DNA from: Nitrospirales bacterium
GTDB taxonomy: Bacteria; Nitrospirota; Nitrospiria; Nitrospirales; UBA8639
Assembly: GCA_965203295.1 (NCBI GenBank)
Contig: CBDBCZ010000016.1
Span: forward strand, 1,248,001-1,312,000
DNA: 64,000 nt
Direction: 5' to 3'
Position 1 is the first letter of the stretch. Each line of letters opens with the position of its first letter. The position numbers and the translations under genes were made by a program. Of the stretch, positions 1 to 12,816 are shown one piece after another. The notes under the pieces were generated by a model. It was given only the letters and a program-made list of their open reading frames with translations, had not been told where the DNA came from and did not search any database.

Positions 1-2
1 TC

Positions 3-611
3 CGAAAAATTGCCATTAAACTGAATCCCTTGTTAGATGCCTATCACGGACCGTACAGGGACAGGTTCAGACACTGGACCGGAGTCATGCTACTTCTGAG
101 GGCTTTCCTTTTTGCTGTGTTTGCAGGAAATGTTTTTGGAAAACCAGAAATAAACTTATTTGCAGTGGATTTAGGTATTTTCCTGCTATTAATATACTTG
201 TGGAATGCTGGATGGGTATACAAGACACTCACATGGAATATAATCGAGTCCTTTTACCTTCTCAACCTTGAGATTTTAACGACTGCAACTCTCCTCCTGA
301 AAAGCCTGGGAGAACCCTCCTCAACAAGCCAAGAAGTCGTGACAGATATCATGGTAGGGACAGGGTTTGTAGTGTTTTGTGCCACAGTACTGTACCACTT
401 CTATGTGTGCTTGAGGAGTATGAGACTGATGCACACTATACGGAGTGCCTTGAGTAGCAACAGCAACCAAAGAACTGCTACTCCTGCTGCTGTAGCTGCT
501 CATGCAAACCCCAGGGATGTTCACGTGCAGCCTGGCAATCCCTCTGTGACTCATATAAACTTCATTGAACTGCGTGAACCTCTAATTTTGTGCAGTGATG
601 ACGAAAATTGA
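3..611 (+). CDS. C-terminal part of a multi-pass membrane protein, 5' end outside the window; distant relative of the array proteins
   Basis: Frame is open from the window start (RKIAIKLNPLLDAYHGPYRDRFRHWTGVMLLLR...). It has several hydrophobic segments and ends ...ELREPLILCSDDEN*. The DAY.GPY...W motif parallels DAFQGCYK...RW in the array proteins. Confidence 0.75.
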   Translation, partial: RKIAIKLNPLLDAYHGPYRDRFRHWTGVMLLLRAFLFAVFAGNVFGKPEINLFAVDLGIFLLLIYLWNAGWVYKTLTWNIIESFYLLNLEILTTATLLLKSLGEPSSTSQEVVTDIMVGTGFVVFCATVLYHFYVCLRSMRLMHTIRSALSSNSNQRTATPAAVAAHANPRDVHVQPGNPSVTHINFIELREPLILCSDDEN

Positions 612-1053
612 CCCTGCATCATACATAATACTGTTCATACATTACACACAAGGATATACTGTAGCTCTCACTGTACCTGTATTTTTGTCACAGCTTCACT
701 CTTTTATCCATCATTATCCATTCGTGTGAGATATTGTCATGCTATCGAAACATTTTGGTATATACATGTACTGTCTAAGTGTCAGTATATACGACAAGGT
801 CGCAATAGAAACACTAAATTGAATAAACTTGAGAATTAACTACATATTCAGCAGGGGTACATTGGAAAGACATTAATGTATGGCTGTACACATAGGGTCA
901 TCACATCAAAGGGTGGTCTGCATAAAGAAATCACCTTAGACTATGCATAATATGCTTTGATCTTAATGAGGTCTTTAAAATCACTAAGACACCTCACCAA
1001 AAATCATACTTCAAATGGAAATTAAAAGCTGGAAACCATAGTCTACCCTAATT

Positions 1054-1193
1054 AGTTCCCTCAGGCAGGTATCGTAACTGTTTAGAGACCCTCAGGGTGC
1101 ACCTATATCCATCTCGGCCTTCACCATCGGGGATATATGTAGCAACCCTCAGGTCTCTAAAACAGCTTTGATACGTACCTGCCTCAGAGCAAC
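1054..1193. repeat. Short fold-back (palindromic MITE-like) element
   Basis: caggcaggtatc..ctgtttagagacc..agggtgc..tatatcc pairs imperfectly with ggatatat..gcaaccct..ggtctctaaaacag..gatacgtacctgcct. Confidence 0.55.
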
Positions 1194-1848
1194 AGCCTAT
1201 ACTTAGACACCACCAGTGCATGGAAATGTTGTGCCAATGCACAGGAGTCCAGAGTGCTAATAGTTAGCATAAGTTACATGACATCCTTGTGATCACGTCT
1301 ATAGAATACATAATAAAAAGTAACAATTGAAAGGCTCAGGGTCGTATTGTTAGTGGCTATGCAACCCAAAATTAAGTGCTGGAAATCGCATGAAGTGCAC
1401 AATAATGAACATGTGTAACCTTTAGCCAGGAGACCAACTCTCAAATTTCAGCAGCTCCTGAAACATATTATAACAGTGTTCCTCAAAGGTTGGACAAAGC
1501 AAATTCAACAATTTGTGGGTTGGAGTAGTGTGGTATGAACCGCATTTATGAGCTATCTCTGACTTGCAACCGGAGTGGTTTAGTGCGACCTGTCTCCAAA
1601 ACTTCCAGGATTAGTGCCTTCTGCACTAGCTACTAACACTGTGAAGCCATCAAGCATGACTATTACATATTAATTTTATGAAAAATGTAATAGCAGATCT
1701 GTGGGGAATGTTTCTACGACATAAAAATTTCTCTAAATGAAAACTTTAGCCATACATGTGCTGTGCACAAATGCACAGACTGTAGCAATAATTATCAGTC
1801 TGAGTGTACAAACCTGGCACTACCACAGCTCAGTATTTGCAGAGAATA

Positions 1849-3681
1849 ATGTATTTCATTGTTGTAGTAGCAATTCTACACCTTCTAAGTAGTCTGGTAG
1901 CCGTGGAGTGTGATACTACCCAGTGTACCAGCCAGGAGAGCAATAACTTTGGAATTACAACCAATCAAGTGCCCAGTGAAGTGGACAGTAACACCAGTTG
2001 CGTGAACACCTGGTTCTTCCCAGCCCCCGATGATGACCATACCTGTGAGTGTGGTAGTAGCCTAGGGAATAAAGTGAAATGTGACAATGCCACCAAGGAA
2101 GTGGATATTCTCGACTGCTACTGCATGACATACAGCGAGGACGACCACTCAACAGTGATTGGACAGTGCTTGTATGGTTGCAGTCATAAATCAAGTTACT
2201 ACTCTCTCCCATCCAACATTTCTCAGCTGAATGAACAGGTTTGTGGATGGCTTAATCGTGAGGGTCAATTATGTGGCAGATGCAAACATGGTTTTGCACC
2301 AGCAGTATATTCCTACAACATAAGCTGTGTAGAGTGCAAGGATTATCATTACAACTGGGTGAAGTATGCAGTGATTTCATTATTACCCCTAACTGTGTTC
2401 TTTTTTGTAGTCACACTTTCTGGGATTAAACTCCTTTCTGGTGCGTGGTCTGCTTTCATTTTGATTAGTCAAATTGTGTCTATACCTCTTCTAATGCGTG
2501 CATTTCGCCTGCATCCCAATGGATTCCATTTCACCCTTGGTATTCTTAGTATACCCTATGGTGTTTCAAATCTTGATTTCTTTCGTCTTCTGTATCCACC
2601 TTTTTGCCTTCATCCTCATATATCCACCATCCAGGCAGTAGCACTGGACTATATAATAGCTGTTTATCCCCTGGTCCTAATTGTAGCCACTTACTTTCTG
2701 GTTGTACTGTACGACAACAATGTAAGGATAGTTTTGTGGATATGGAAGCCTTTTCATTACTGCTCTGATCATTTCAGAAGGGAATGGAACATCAAAAGTT
2801 CTCTAGTCGATTCTTTTGCTACCTTCATCATTCTATCCTATATCAAATTTTTGGATGTATCCAGCACTCTTTTGATTCCAGTTCGTCTTCATAATGTTAA
2901 AGGAGAATCAGTTGGGATGTACCTCTTTTATGATGCCACAGTGAAGTATTTCAGCAAACAGCACCTTCCGTATGCATTCTGGCCCTTGGAGCGTTTCTGA
3001 CTTTTAATATATTCCCAGTCTTGCTTTTGAGCTTGTATCCCTGTCAATGTTTTCACAAATGCTTGAATTACTGCAGGCTTGGCAGGTATCAAGCACTGCA
3101 TATATTCATGGATGCTTTTCAAGGTTGCTACAAGGATGGAACAAATGGTACAAAAGATTGTAGGTGGTACGTAGCAGTGCATTTATGGGCTCGAATTACA
3201 TTCTTTGCCATAAGTGCAATAGTGCTTTCAGAATTATGGTTACCTTTTGTAGCGTTTGGTGTCCTCATTATGTTAATTTTAGTTACTGTATCCCATCCCT
3301 ACAAGTCTCCTACTTTCAACACTGTTGAATCGAGCTTATTTTTGCAATGGTTTTTATACTTGTGTCAGGCATGGCACATGTTATATCATACTCAAAAACA
3401 CATCAGTTCCCGATAATGTTGGATGTAATTGGCAGCATTTTACTGATTGTTCCAGTCATATATGCACTGGGAGTGTTAGTATACAGGCTGTTATCTCATG
3501 GCCACTGCGTACAAGTCTATGAAAAAGTTAAGACTTGGCTAATGTGCTACTGCAAATATTCAATTGCTCATGCATATTCGCAAGAGTCACTTCCAGACAG
3601 AATAGCTTATGACCATCCAGAAGAGAACACATACATGTGCTGGTGCAATGGAATAATGACTCTGATGCTACATATTATTAA
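1849..3681 (+). pseudogene. Cys-rich ectodomain multi-TM protein, array copy 1 (frameshifted)
   Basis: Homologous to the intact copies but split over ORFs 1804-3000, 3021-3416 and 3347-3745. It has 1-bp deletions near 2979 and 3343 and a short deletion near 3630. Confidence 0.8.
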
Positions 3682-4992
3682 GGCTGAAAGAAGAAAATAC
3701 CGATGTACAGGGGCCTTAAAGCTTGCTGTGATTGTGATGTACTGAAATAAATGTTAGTATATGTATTTACATCCACATAGTATTATAGTTATCTGACTGT
3801 ATTGTATTATCTTGATTGCTGCATACTTAAGTTTCTGTTGCCATTGAAGTATTCAGTGTGTCTGAGAACAAACTATGCATAAACAGCACCCACAAGTGCA
3901 TTGTAAATTCCCTCCGATCCTTAATGCATTCTTCAGTTTGCAGCCCACCACTACAGAATCTTTGCAACACTGTAAGGCTCAGAGCTCAGCATACTCCTTA
4001 TATGGAAGGCTCTGTTTACTTTGATCCAAGAGCGGCTTCAAAAGCCAATCTAATTAATCATTCAGCCACCTATTACTCTAGTGAGTGTACTTAACAGCTC
4101 CTGGGCTCAAACCTTATATAGTACTGTGAAGATTCTGTAAAGTTCTATAACAATGATCTATTTCAGCAATCATACCTCAGCCTGCATAAGTATTGAACTC
4201 GATGCTCGTGCAGTGACTCCCAATGCATGCATAATATAGTAATTAAATCTTTCTATAACCAGTATAAAATGCGAACTCAAACCTGGTATATGCTGCATAC
4301 AGTTTATAGTGAGAAGCCAATCACTAGTAGCTGTTGGACACACACAGCACCAGGGGGACTATCTTACTTTACCGTTGTTTGATTGGAAACTGTAAAGGAA
4401 TAATCTAACTCATTCCCAGTCTCTGTTAGCCTGCTTTTTTTTCTTCTGCACATTGGTGACAGTGGAGACTGGGAACAAGGCTTGAAAAAACTACATGCAA
4501 TTAGCCATGCGTTTTTAAACTGCATTATTTGTTTACTATGTGCATATTGTTTCTGCTGATCAGTGTTCAGTATATATATACAGACTGAGGCGTTAAAGCT
4601 TGTTGTGATTGTGAAGGAAAGTTAGTGTATTTACATCCACATAGTATTAATATCTGACTGAATGCAGTCTTGATTGCTACAAAGTGCATGTACTTGCTAT
4701 TTTCTGTTTCTGCTGCCATTGAATAATAATTATGATAGTGACATAAGTCTTAGAACAACTATGCATAACAGCAACCACAAGTGCAATGTAAATCCCCTCT
4801 GAACCTTAATGCATTCTTCAGCATGCAACTTATCACCAACAATGATCTGTTTCAGCAAACATACCTCAGCCTAATGAAATCGAGACTCATGTAGTTATGA
4901 GCCACAAGAGAAGGGTGATTCATGTGGGTTTAACATTACTTTCCTCTGGGTCATCCTCGGCGTACCTCTACAGGTAGAGCTGCAACTTTGGA

Positions 4993-6738
4993 ATGAAAAC
5001 CAATCAAGTGTCCAGTGAAGTGGACAGTAACACCAGTTGTGAGAACACCTGGTTCTTTCCAGCCCCCGATGATGACCATACCTGTGAGTGTGGTAGTACT
5101 GTAGGGAGTAAAGTGAAATGCAACAATGCCACCAAGGAAGTGGATATTCTCGACTGCTACTGTATGACATACAGCGAGGACGACCACTCAACAGTGATTG
5201 GAAAGTGTGTGTATGGTTGCAGTCATAAATCAAGTTACCACTCTCTCCCGTCCAACATTTCTCAGCTGAATGAAGAGGTTTGTGGATGGCTTAATCGTGA
5301 TGGTCAATTGTGTGGTAGATGCAAAGATGGTTTTGCACCAGCAGTATATTCCTACAGTTTAAGTTGTGTAGAGTGCAAGGATTATCACTATAATTGGGTA
5401 AAGTACGCAGTGGTTTCATTATTACCCCTGACTGTGTTCTTTTTTGTTATCACATTTACTAGAATTAAACTACTTTCGGGTGCATGGTCTGGTTACATTT
5501 TGATTAGTCAAGTACTGTCAACACCTCTTCTAATGCGTGTATTTCAGCTACATCAGGATCACAACACATTCCACTTCACTCTAGGTATTCTTAGTGTACC
5601 CTATTGTGTCTCAAATCTCGATTTTTTTCGTCTTCTATACCCACCATTTTGCCTACATCCTCACATGTCCACCATTCAGGCTTTAGCATTGGACTACATT
5701 ACAGCTGCTTATCCCCTGGCCCTAATTGTAATCACTTATTTTCTGGTTGTACTGTACGACAACAATGTAAGGGTAATTGTGTGGCTATGGAAGCCCTTTC
5801 ATTACTGCTCTGTTCGTTTTAGAAGGAACTGGAATATCAAAAGTTCGCTAGTTGATTATTTTGCTACCTTCATTATTTTATCTTACATGAAATTTTTGGA
5901 CGTATCTATCAATCTTTTGATTCCAGTTCGTCTTTTTAATATTCATGGGAAGTCAGTTGGGATATATCTTTTTTATGATGCCACAGTTAAGTATTTCAGC
6001 AAAGAGCACCTTCCATATGCATTCCTGGCCCTTGGAGTATTCTTGACTTTCAATGTTTTCCCAGTCTTACTGCTGAGCTTGTATCCCTGTCAATGTTTTC
6101 AGAAATGCATAAACCGCTGCAGGCTTAGTAACTGTCAGGCACTGCATATATTTATGGACGCCTTTCAAGGTTGCTACAAGAATGGAACAAATGGTACAAA
6201 AAATTGTAGGTGGTATGCAGCAGCGCACTTGTGGGCTCGAATTGCATTTTTCATTGTGAGTGCAGTAGCTCTTTCAGATTTATGGTTACCTTTTGTTACA
6301 TTTGTTCACCTCATTATGCTGATTCTAGTTACTGTATTCCATCCCTACAAGTCTGCTACTTTCAACACTGTTGAAACAATTCTATTTTTTGTAATGGCTT
6401 TCATACTTGTATCAGCCATGGCACATGTTATATCGCACTATATAGTCCATCACTTCCAGAAAATGTTGGATGTAATTGGTAGCATTTTCACGATTGTTCC
6501 ATTCATATATGTACTGGCAGTCTTGCTGTACAGGCTGCTATTCCATAGCCACCGTGTGCAAACAGTCTACCGAAAGTTCAAGACTTGGCTATTGTACTAC
6601 TGCAAAGATTCAATTACTCACGCAGACTCACAGGAGTCACTGCCAGACAGAATAGCTTATGACCATCCAGAAGAGAACACAGCCCTGCTACCTGTGCCGA
6701 TGCAATCGGATAGCAATTCTGAGGCTACTTATTATTAA
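4993..6738 (+). CDS. Cys-rich ectodomain multi-TM protein, copy 2 (A type), lacking the N-terminal signal peptide
   Basis: Open 581-aa frame nearly identical to 17757-19601. Homology starts only at ~4977 (agctgcaactttgga), so the first ~30 codons are missing. Confidence 0.75.
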   Translation: MKTNQVSSEVDSNTSCENTWFFPAPDDDHTCECGSTVGSKVKCNNATKEVDILDCYCMTYSEDDHSTVIGKCVYGCSHKSSYHSLPSNISQLNEEVCGWLNRDGQLCGRCKDGFAPAVYSYSLSCVECKDYHYNWVKYAVVSLLPLTVFFFVITFTRIKLLSGAWSGYILISQVLSTPLLMRVFQLHQDHNTFHFTLGILSVPYCVSNLDFFRLLYPPFCLHPHMSTIQALALDYITAAYPLALIVITYFLVVLYDNNVRVIVWLWKPFHYCSVRFRRNWNIKSSLVDYFATFIILSYMKFLDVSINLLIPVRLFNIHGKSVGIYLFYDATVKYFSKEHLPYAFLALGVFLTFNVFPVLLLSLYPCQCFQKCINRCRLSNCQALHIFMDAFQGCYKNGTNGTKNCRWYAAAHLWARIAFFIVSAVALSDLWLPFVTFVHLIMLILVTVFHPYKSATFNTVETILFFVMAFILVSAMAHVISHYIVHHFQKMLDVIGSIFTIVPFIYVLAVLLYRLLFHSHRVQTVYRKFKTWLLYYCKDSITHADSQESLPDRIAYDHPEENTALLPVPMQSDSNSEATYY

Positions 6739-7855
6739 CTTGGACAGAGGCTGAAAGAACAAGATAACGATATACAAAGGAGTCGTAAACGTGTTGTGAT
6801 TCTGATATACTTGAATGAATGTTAGTGTATTTACATCCACATAGTTATAGTTATCTGAATGTATATGCTATTTCCTGTTTCTGTTACCAATGAATGACAT
6901 TGTAGTAAAGTGTTCAGTGTGTCTGAGAACAAACTATGCATAAACAGCAACCACACTTACTACATTCTTCAATATGCAGCTCACGCAGAACATGATAACA
7001 ATAATATAAAGGAGCCTTAAACTTGTTGTGATTGTGATATAGCTACTTGAATGAATGTTAGTGTATTTACATCCACATAGTATTAATTATCTGACTGTAT
7101 TGTTTTATCTTGATTGCTAAATGTATATGATATTTTCTGCTTTTGTTACCATTGAATGACATTGTAGTAATGTGTTCAGTGTATCTAAGAACAAACTATT
7201 CATAAACAGCAACTACAAGTGCATTGTAAAATTACCTCCGAACCTTAATGCATTCTTCAGTTTGCAGCCCACCACTACCGGAATTTGCAGAATCTTTGCA
7301 ACACTGTATAAGGCTCAGAACTTAGCATGATCCTTATATGGAAGGCACTGTTTACTTTGATCCAAGAGTGACTTGTTAATCATTCATTCACCCACCCATT
7401 ATTTTACTTAGCAGCTCCTGAGCTCAAGCCTACAGTGTTTCAAAGATTCTGCAAAGTTTTGTACCAATGATCTGTTTCAGCAATCATTACATGTACCTCA
7501 GCCTAATTTACAAGCATAAATTAATCTCATGCAGTGACTCTCCATGCATGATACATGTATAATATTTGTAGTACTACAACAAAATTGCTATCTTAAATAT
7601 TATCGTTTTTGAGTGGAAACTTAAAGGAATAAACTAGCGTCGTTCCCAGAATCCACTGCCAGCATTTTTTTGCACATTGGGATATTTCTTGTCTCTGCAG
7701 TTAAGGCAATTAATAACACACAGGCGGGAATGTTTTCATGTTGTAAAGAATCCCAACTAAAATTCATGTGGAGCCATACATGTACATATACTGCTATATG
7801 CATAGCCTGTACATGTAGCAGAAATCATTAGTCTGAGTGTACAAACCTGGCACTA

Positions 7856-8076
7856 CTCCCTTTGAACAACAGAAGGTTTCCTGTTCTGCGTCAGGGGAAA
7901 CCTCAAAGGAAATACATGACAGAATTTTGATAGGAACCACGAAGACATAGCATGTTTCTCTAAATGACATTGGAGACATGCAGTGTCTTCATTTCCTTGA
8001 GGATCCTATCAAAACTCTGTTGTATTTCCTTACAAGTTTCCCTCGATGCAGAGCAGGAAGCTCTTGTTTATCACAG
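7856..8076. mobile_element. Hairpin MITE (~220-230 bp) inserted just upstream of a gene stub; copies at 20725-20955 and 31602-31832
   Basis: Imperfect inverted repeat over its whole length (ttcctgttctgc..ggaaatac..acagaattttgatagga / tcctatcaaaactctgt..gtatttcc..gcagagcaggaa). It is TA-flanked and absent from the equivalent site ggcactactgctcctcag upstream of 17757 and 28641. Confidence 0.7.
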
Positions 8077-8109
8077 TAACTGCTCCTCAGTAATGATTTT
8101 GCAGGAACA

Positions 8110-8221
8110 ATGGTTTACTTCGTTGTTGTAGCAGCTACTCTACACCTTCTAAGTAGTCTGGTGGCCGTGGAGTGTGATACTACCCAGTGTACCAGCAAGG
8201 AGAGCTACAACTTTGGAATTA
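8110..8221 (+). pseudogene. 5' stub of an array gene (signal peptide and first Cys residues only)
   Basis: Encodes MVYFVVVAATLHLLSSLVAVECDTTQCTSKESYNFGI, then homology breaks at ctttggaatta|tgcattcc. Confidence 0.8.
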
Positions 8222-9091
8222 TGCATTCCACTGTGTTAGGAGTATTAGTTAGAATAATGCATGAAAATGTGCAAGTGTGAGAGCTCTGTTTGATTGTGGG
8301 AATCTTGTGGATTTGTGCAGCTTTACTCAGTCCCATCTACTTTCAGGAATGTACCAAACTACAACTCACTACATGTATAATGAGTGTATTAAATCAGTCT
8401 GCTCACCCAGATCATGTAGTACTTGACCTCACACCAAAACAAATCCCAGTATGGGGCAAGTATGTGTGGACATACATGAAAAACACCCTACTGGCTATTA
8501 CTCTACTCTCTGTATCTCCTAATCCCATGGCAGTCCCAAAATTAAAATAATACCATCTCAACATGAAGATTTAGAGAACATTTGGAAAAAAATTAAAACA
8601 ATTGAAGAATCCGTTTTTCAAGGGGGCAAAGGTCAAGTATATAAACCATGATCTTTGACCTCAACATAATCAAATTATCACTTGCAATATATCAACTGAA
8701 AGGGTATCTACTAAGGTACAAGATGGTGCAATTTTCATCTTGCACAGACAATCGTAGTAATAGTTATGGTCAATTATGTAGAAGCAGGTAGCCGAAAATT
8801 TGACAAACAAATTAGTTTTTGGCTGGCTGTAACACAGAAGCCGTACAATGTGTGAGGTTAATAATCACTGTGAATTAATAACTTCACATAGGGTACATAC
8901 CTACCAAGTTTCGTGGAAATCTGAGGGGGTCGTCATTTTTTTGTGTTGATTTGGCATGGAATTACCCATCTACAAGGTATTGTTTTGACTGTATGTATAT
9001 ATTGTCTTGATGTATGTATCACTGCAAAATTGAAAGGGTAGTTTTTAAACCTTATCTCAGTTGCAGCTGCATTACCAAACTTGCAGCTTTA

Positions 9092-9371
9092 CTGCAGGAA
9101 GCCAATAATAATGGGAATTCGAAAATGAATGCACTAACTAATTGTTTATGGTATTTTGATAAGAGAAACTGAATCCTTGGAATAACTATAGGAGTGCTGC
9201 AGAATCTAATCCCTGTTACTAAATACCATAAACAATCAGTAAGTTCTTTCTTCTGTAAGGATCGAGACGAAATCTCAGCACTCCTATTATCATTTCAAGG
9301 ATTCAGTTGCTCTTACCAAATATCGTAAAGAATTAGCTTGTGTATTCATTTCGAATACTGGCTTCCTGCGG
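9092..9371. mobile_element. 280-bp MITE with long imperfect TIRs and TA flanks; copies at 21965-22244 and 32848-33127
   Basis: TA|ctgcaggaagcca..ttcgaaaatgaatgcac..actgaatccttg..ataggagtgctg pairs with cagcactcctat..caaggattcagt..gtgtattcatttcgaa..tggcttcctgcgg|TA. Confidence 0.7.
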
Positions 9372-9811
9372 TAGGAGTTAGGCCTCAATAGTTACTTACT
9401 TAACGTTTCATTAATTATCGTTTCTAAAGTCGTTTCATTAAAAGTCGTTTCTCAACAAACGAAGGAATTTACATCTATAGAGGTACACATAAATGGAATT
9501 AAAGACAAAACTACTAAATTTTACCCTCGATATACTTTCAATTAGCCTCATGTTAATCACGCATATAATAAATGCTTAAACTTTGGGCACTCCCTCTAGG
9601 ACAGTTATGACAATTGTGCATGGTTACCTTAATAGAAATAATATATACTTTTATGCAGATAAAATACTTCCAGGTTAATGAAATGTTAAATTTCATAAGG
9701 ACGTAACTAATGAGGCATAACTCCTACCCACATATACTTAGACCTCTGCAATTTGGGCAACCAGCTAGTAGGCATAAGTGACTGGTCCTCAGTAATAATT
9801 TTGCAGGAACA

Positions 9812-11662
9812 ATGGTTTACTTCATTGTTGTAGCAGCAATTCTATACCTTCTAAGAAGTCTGGTGGTCGTGGAGTGTGATACTACCCAGTGTACCAGCAA
9901 GGAGAGCTGCAACTTTGGAATGAAAACCAATCAAGTGCCCAGTGAAGTGGACAGTAACACCAGTTGCGTGAACACCTGGTTCTTCCCAGCCCCCGATGAT
10001 GACCATACCTGTGAGTGTGGTAGTACTGTAGGGAGTAAAGTGAGATGCAACAATGCCACCAAGGAAGTGGATATTCTTCACTGCTACTGCATGACATACA
10101 GCGAGGACGACCACTCAACAGTGCTTGGAAAATGTGTGTATGGTTGTAGTCATAAATCAAGTTACCACTCTCTCCCGTCCAACATTTCTCAGCTGAATGA
10201 ACAGGTTTGTGGATTTCTTAATCGTGAAGGTCAATTGTGTGGTAGATGCAAAGACGGTTTTGCACCAGCAGTATACTCCTACAGTTTAAGTTGTGTAGAG
10301 TGCAAGGATTATCACTATAATTGGGTGAAATACACAGTGGTTTCATTATTACCCCTAACTGTGTTCTTTTTTGTTATCACACTTATATACTAGAATTAAA
10401 CTACTTTCCGGTGCATGGTCTGGTTACATTTTGATCAGTCAAGTACTGTCAACACCTCTTCTCATGCGTGTATTTCAGCTACATCACAACACATTCCACT
10501 TCACTCAAGGTTTTCTTAGTATACCTTATGGTGTCTCAAATCTCGATTTTTTTCGTCTTTTATATCCACCTTTTTGCCTACATCCTCACATGTCCACCAT
10601 CCAGGCTTTAGCATTGGACTACACCACAGCTGCTTATCCCCTGGCCCTAAATGTAATCACTTATTTTCTGGTTGTACTGTACGACAACAATGTAAGAATA
10701 ATTGTGTGGCTATGGAAGCCTTTTCATTACTGCTCTATTCGTTTTAGAAGGAACTGGAGTATTAAAAGTTCTTTAGTTGATTCCTTTGCTACCTTCATTA
10801 TTTTATCCTACATGAAATTTTTGGATGTATCTATAAATCTTTTGATTCCAGTTTGTCTTTTTAATATTCATGGAGTTCGGTCGGGCTGTGTCTTTTTTAT
10901 GATGCCACAGTTAAGTATTTCAGCAAACAGCACCTTCCATATGCAATTCTGGCCCTTGGAGTATTCCTGACTTTTAATGCGTTCCCAGCCGTACTGTTGA
11001 GCTTGTATCCCTGTCACTGTTTTCAGAAATGCTTGAACCGCTGCAGGCTTAGTAGCTGTCAGGCACTAAATATATTCATGGACGCCTTTCAAGGTTGCTA
11101 CAAGGATGGAACAAATGGTACAAAAGATTGTAGGAGGTATGCAGCAGTGTACTTGTGGGCTCGAATTGCATGCTTCATTGTCAGTGCAATATCTCTTTTA
11201 GGTTTATGGATACCTTTTGTAGCATTTGGATTTCTCATTATGCTGATTTTAGTTACTGTATTCCATCCCTACAAGTCTCCTGCTTTTAACACTGTTGAAA
11301 CAATCTTATTTTTTGTAATGGTATTCATACTTGTATCAGCCATGGCACATGTTATATCAGACTATATAGTCCATCACTTCCAGAAAATGTTGGATGTAAT
11401 TGGTAGCATTTTCGCGATTGTTCCATTCATATATGTACTGGCAGTCTTGCTGTACAGGCTGCTATTCCATAACTACTGTGTACAGAAAGTCTACCGAAAG
11501 TTCAAGACTTGCCTACTGTGCTACTGCAAAGATTCAATTACTCACGCAGACTTACAAGAGTCACTGCCAGACAGAATGGCTTACGACCGTCCAGAAGAAA
11601 ACACAGCCCTACTACATGTGCCAGTGTAATCGGATAGCGAGTCTGACGCTACTCATTATTAA
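9812..11662 (+). pseudogene. Cys-rich ectodomain multi-TM protein, copy 3 (B type, frameshifted)
   Basis: Split over ORFs 9812-10393, 10371-10970 and 10997-11629. It has an insertion near 10385, an indel near 10875 and a premature TAA at 11627. Confidence 0.85.
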
Positions 11663-12304
11663 CTTGGACGGAGCCTGAAGAACAAGATAGCAATGTATAC
11701 AGGAGCCGTAAAGCTCGTTGCGATTGCATACTTGTTAGTGTATTCACATTTACTTTAGTTATTTGACTGTATGCATATTGTGTCGTCTTGATTGCTACAT
11801 GTACATGCCATTTTCTGTTGCTGTAACTATTTAATGCAATTGAATGTAATAAAGTGTTCAGTGTGTCTGAGTATAAACTATGCAAAAACGACAACCACAA
11901 GTCCATTGTAACGTACCTCAGCCTGATTATTAACATGCATAAATATTTAAATCAACACTCATGCTGTGACTCCCATATGATCACATCTTTCTGTAGCCAG
12001 TATAATACAAAGCAGATATCTGGTATGCTGCACCCTGTTCATAATGAGAACGCACTCGCTACATTTAGTAACTTTTCGCATATTTTACTTCACTATAGTA
12101 AAAAGGTATAGTCTTTTCTCCATTGAGCATAGGAAGCAGAAATGTGCATATATTAAATGGCTTAAAACATGACAGCTCTAGCCTCCTTTCCAGGCTCCAC
12201 CCACAAGCTTTTCATCACACCGTGTATAAAAAAAAGAGTGTGACGGAAAGCTAGGGGAGCGGAGCCTGGGAACAAAACAAAGACAGCTCTATGTTCTATT
12301 ATAT

Positions 12305-12357
12305 TAGCCTCGTTCCCAGGCTCTAAAGCTGGTCAGTAGAGCCTGGGAACGAGGCTA
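12305..12357. mobile_element. Tiny TAG...CTA hairpin element (Academ-like MITE); copies near 25185-25238 and 36040-36092, with many degenerate relatives nearby
   Basis: Perfect 21-bp inverted repeat tagcctcgttcccaggctcta / tagagcctgggaacgaggcta around an 11-bp loop. The superfamily call rests on the termini only. Confidence 0.6.
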
Positions 12358-12816
12358 TCATATAAAGACTAAGCTATGCGTGGGCACACACAGTAGCAGG
12401 GCAAAATTGTCATCTTAATCATTATCATTCATAAGTGTTTGTCTAGCCTCACTCCCGGTCTCCACAGGAAGCTCTACTTTGCGTGTTGGGAAAAGGTGGC
12501 AGTGGAGACTGGGAACGAAGCTAGGAATAAACATCTAACTACAGTCATGTTTTTTTTAATTGCTGAGATGGTATGCATTAATGTTTACTACATGCATATT
12601 CAATTTCTTTTGATTGGTGTTCAGTATGCCTGATGACAAACTATACATAAAAAGCCATTAGCTAAACAGCAACGTTAACCACAATTGCACAGTAAATCCC
12701 TTCCTCAGCAGCTTGCCACTAACAATGAGCAGTTTCAACAATCATACTTCAGCCTAATTAACATGCCTAAGTACTGAGTCATTGCTCAGTGCTTTCCCAG
12801 ACAGGAGAACTGGAGA

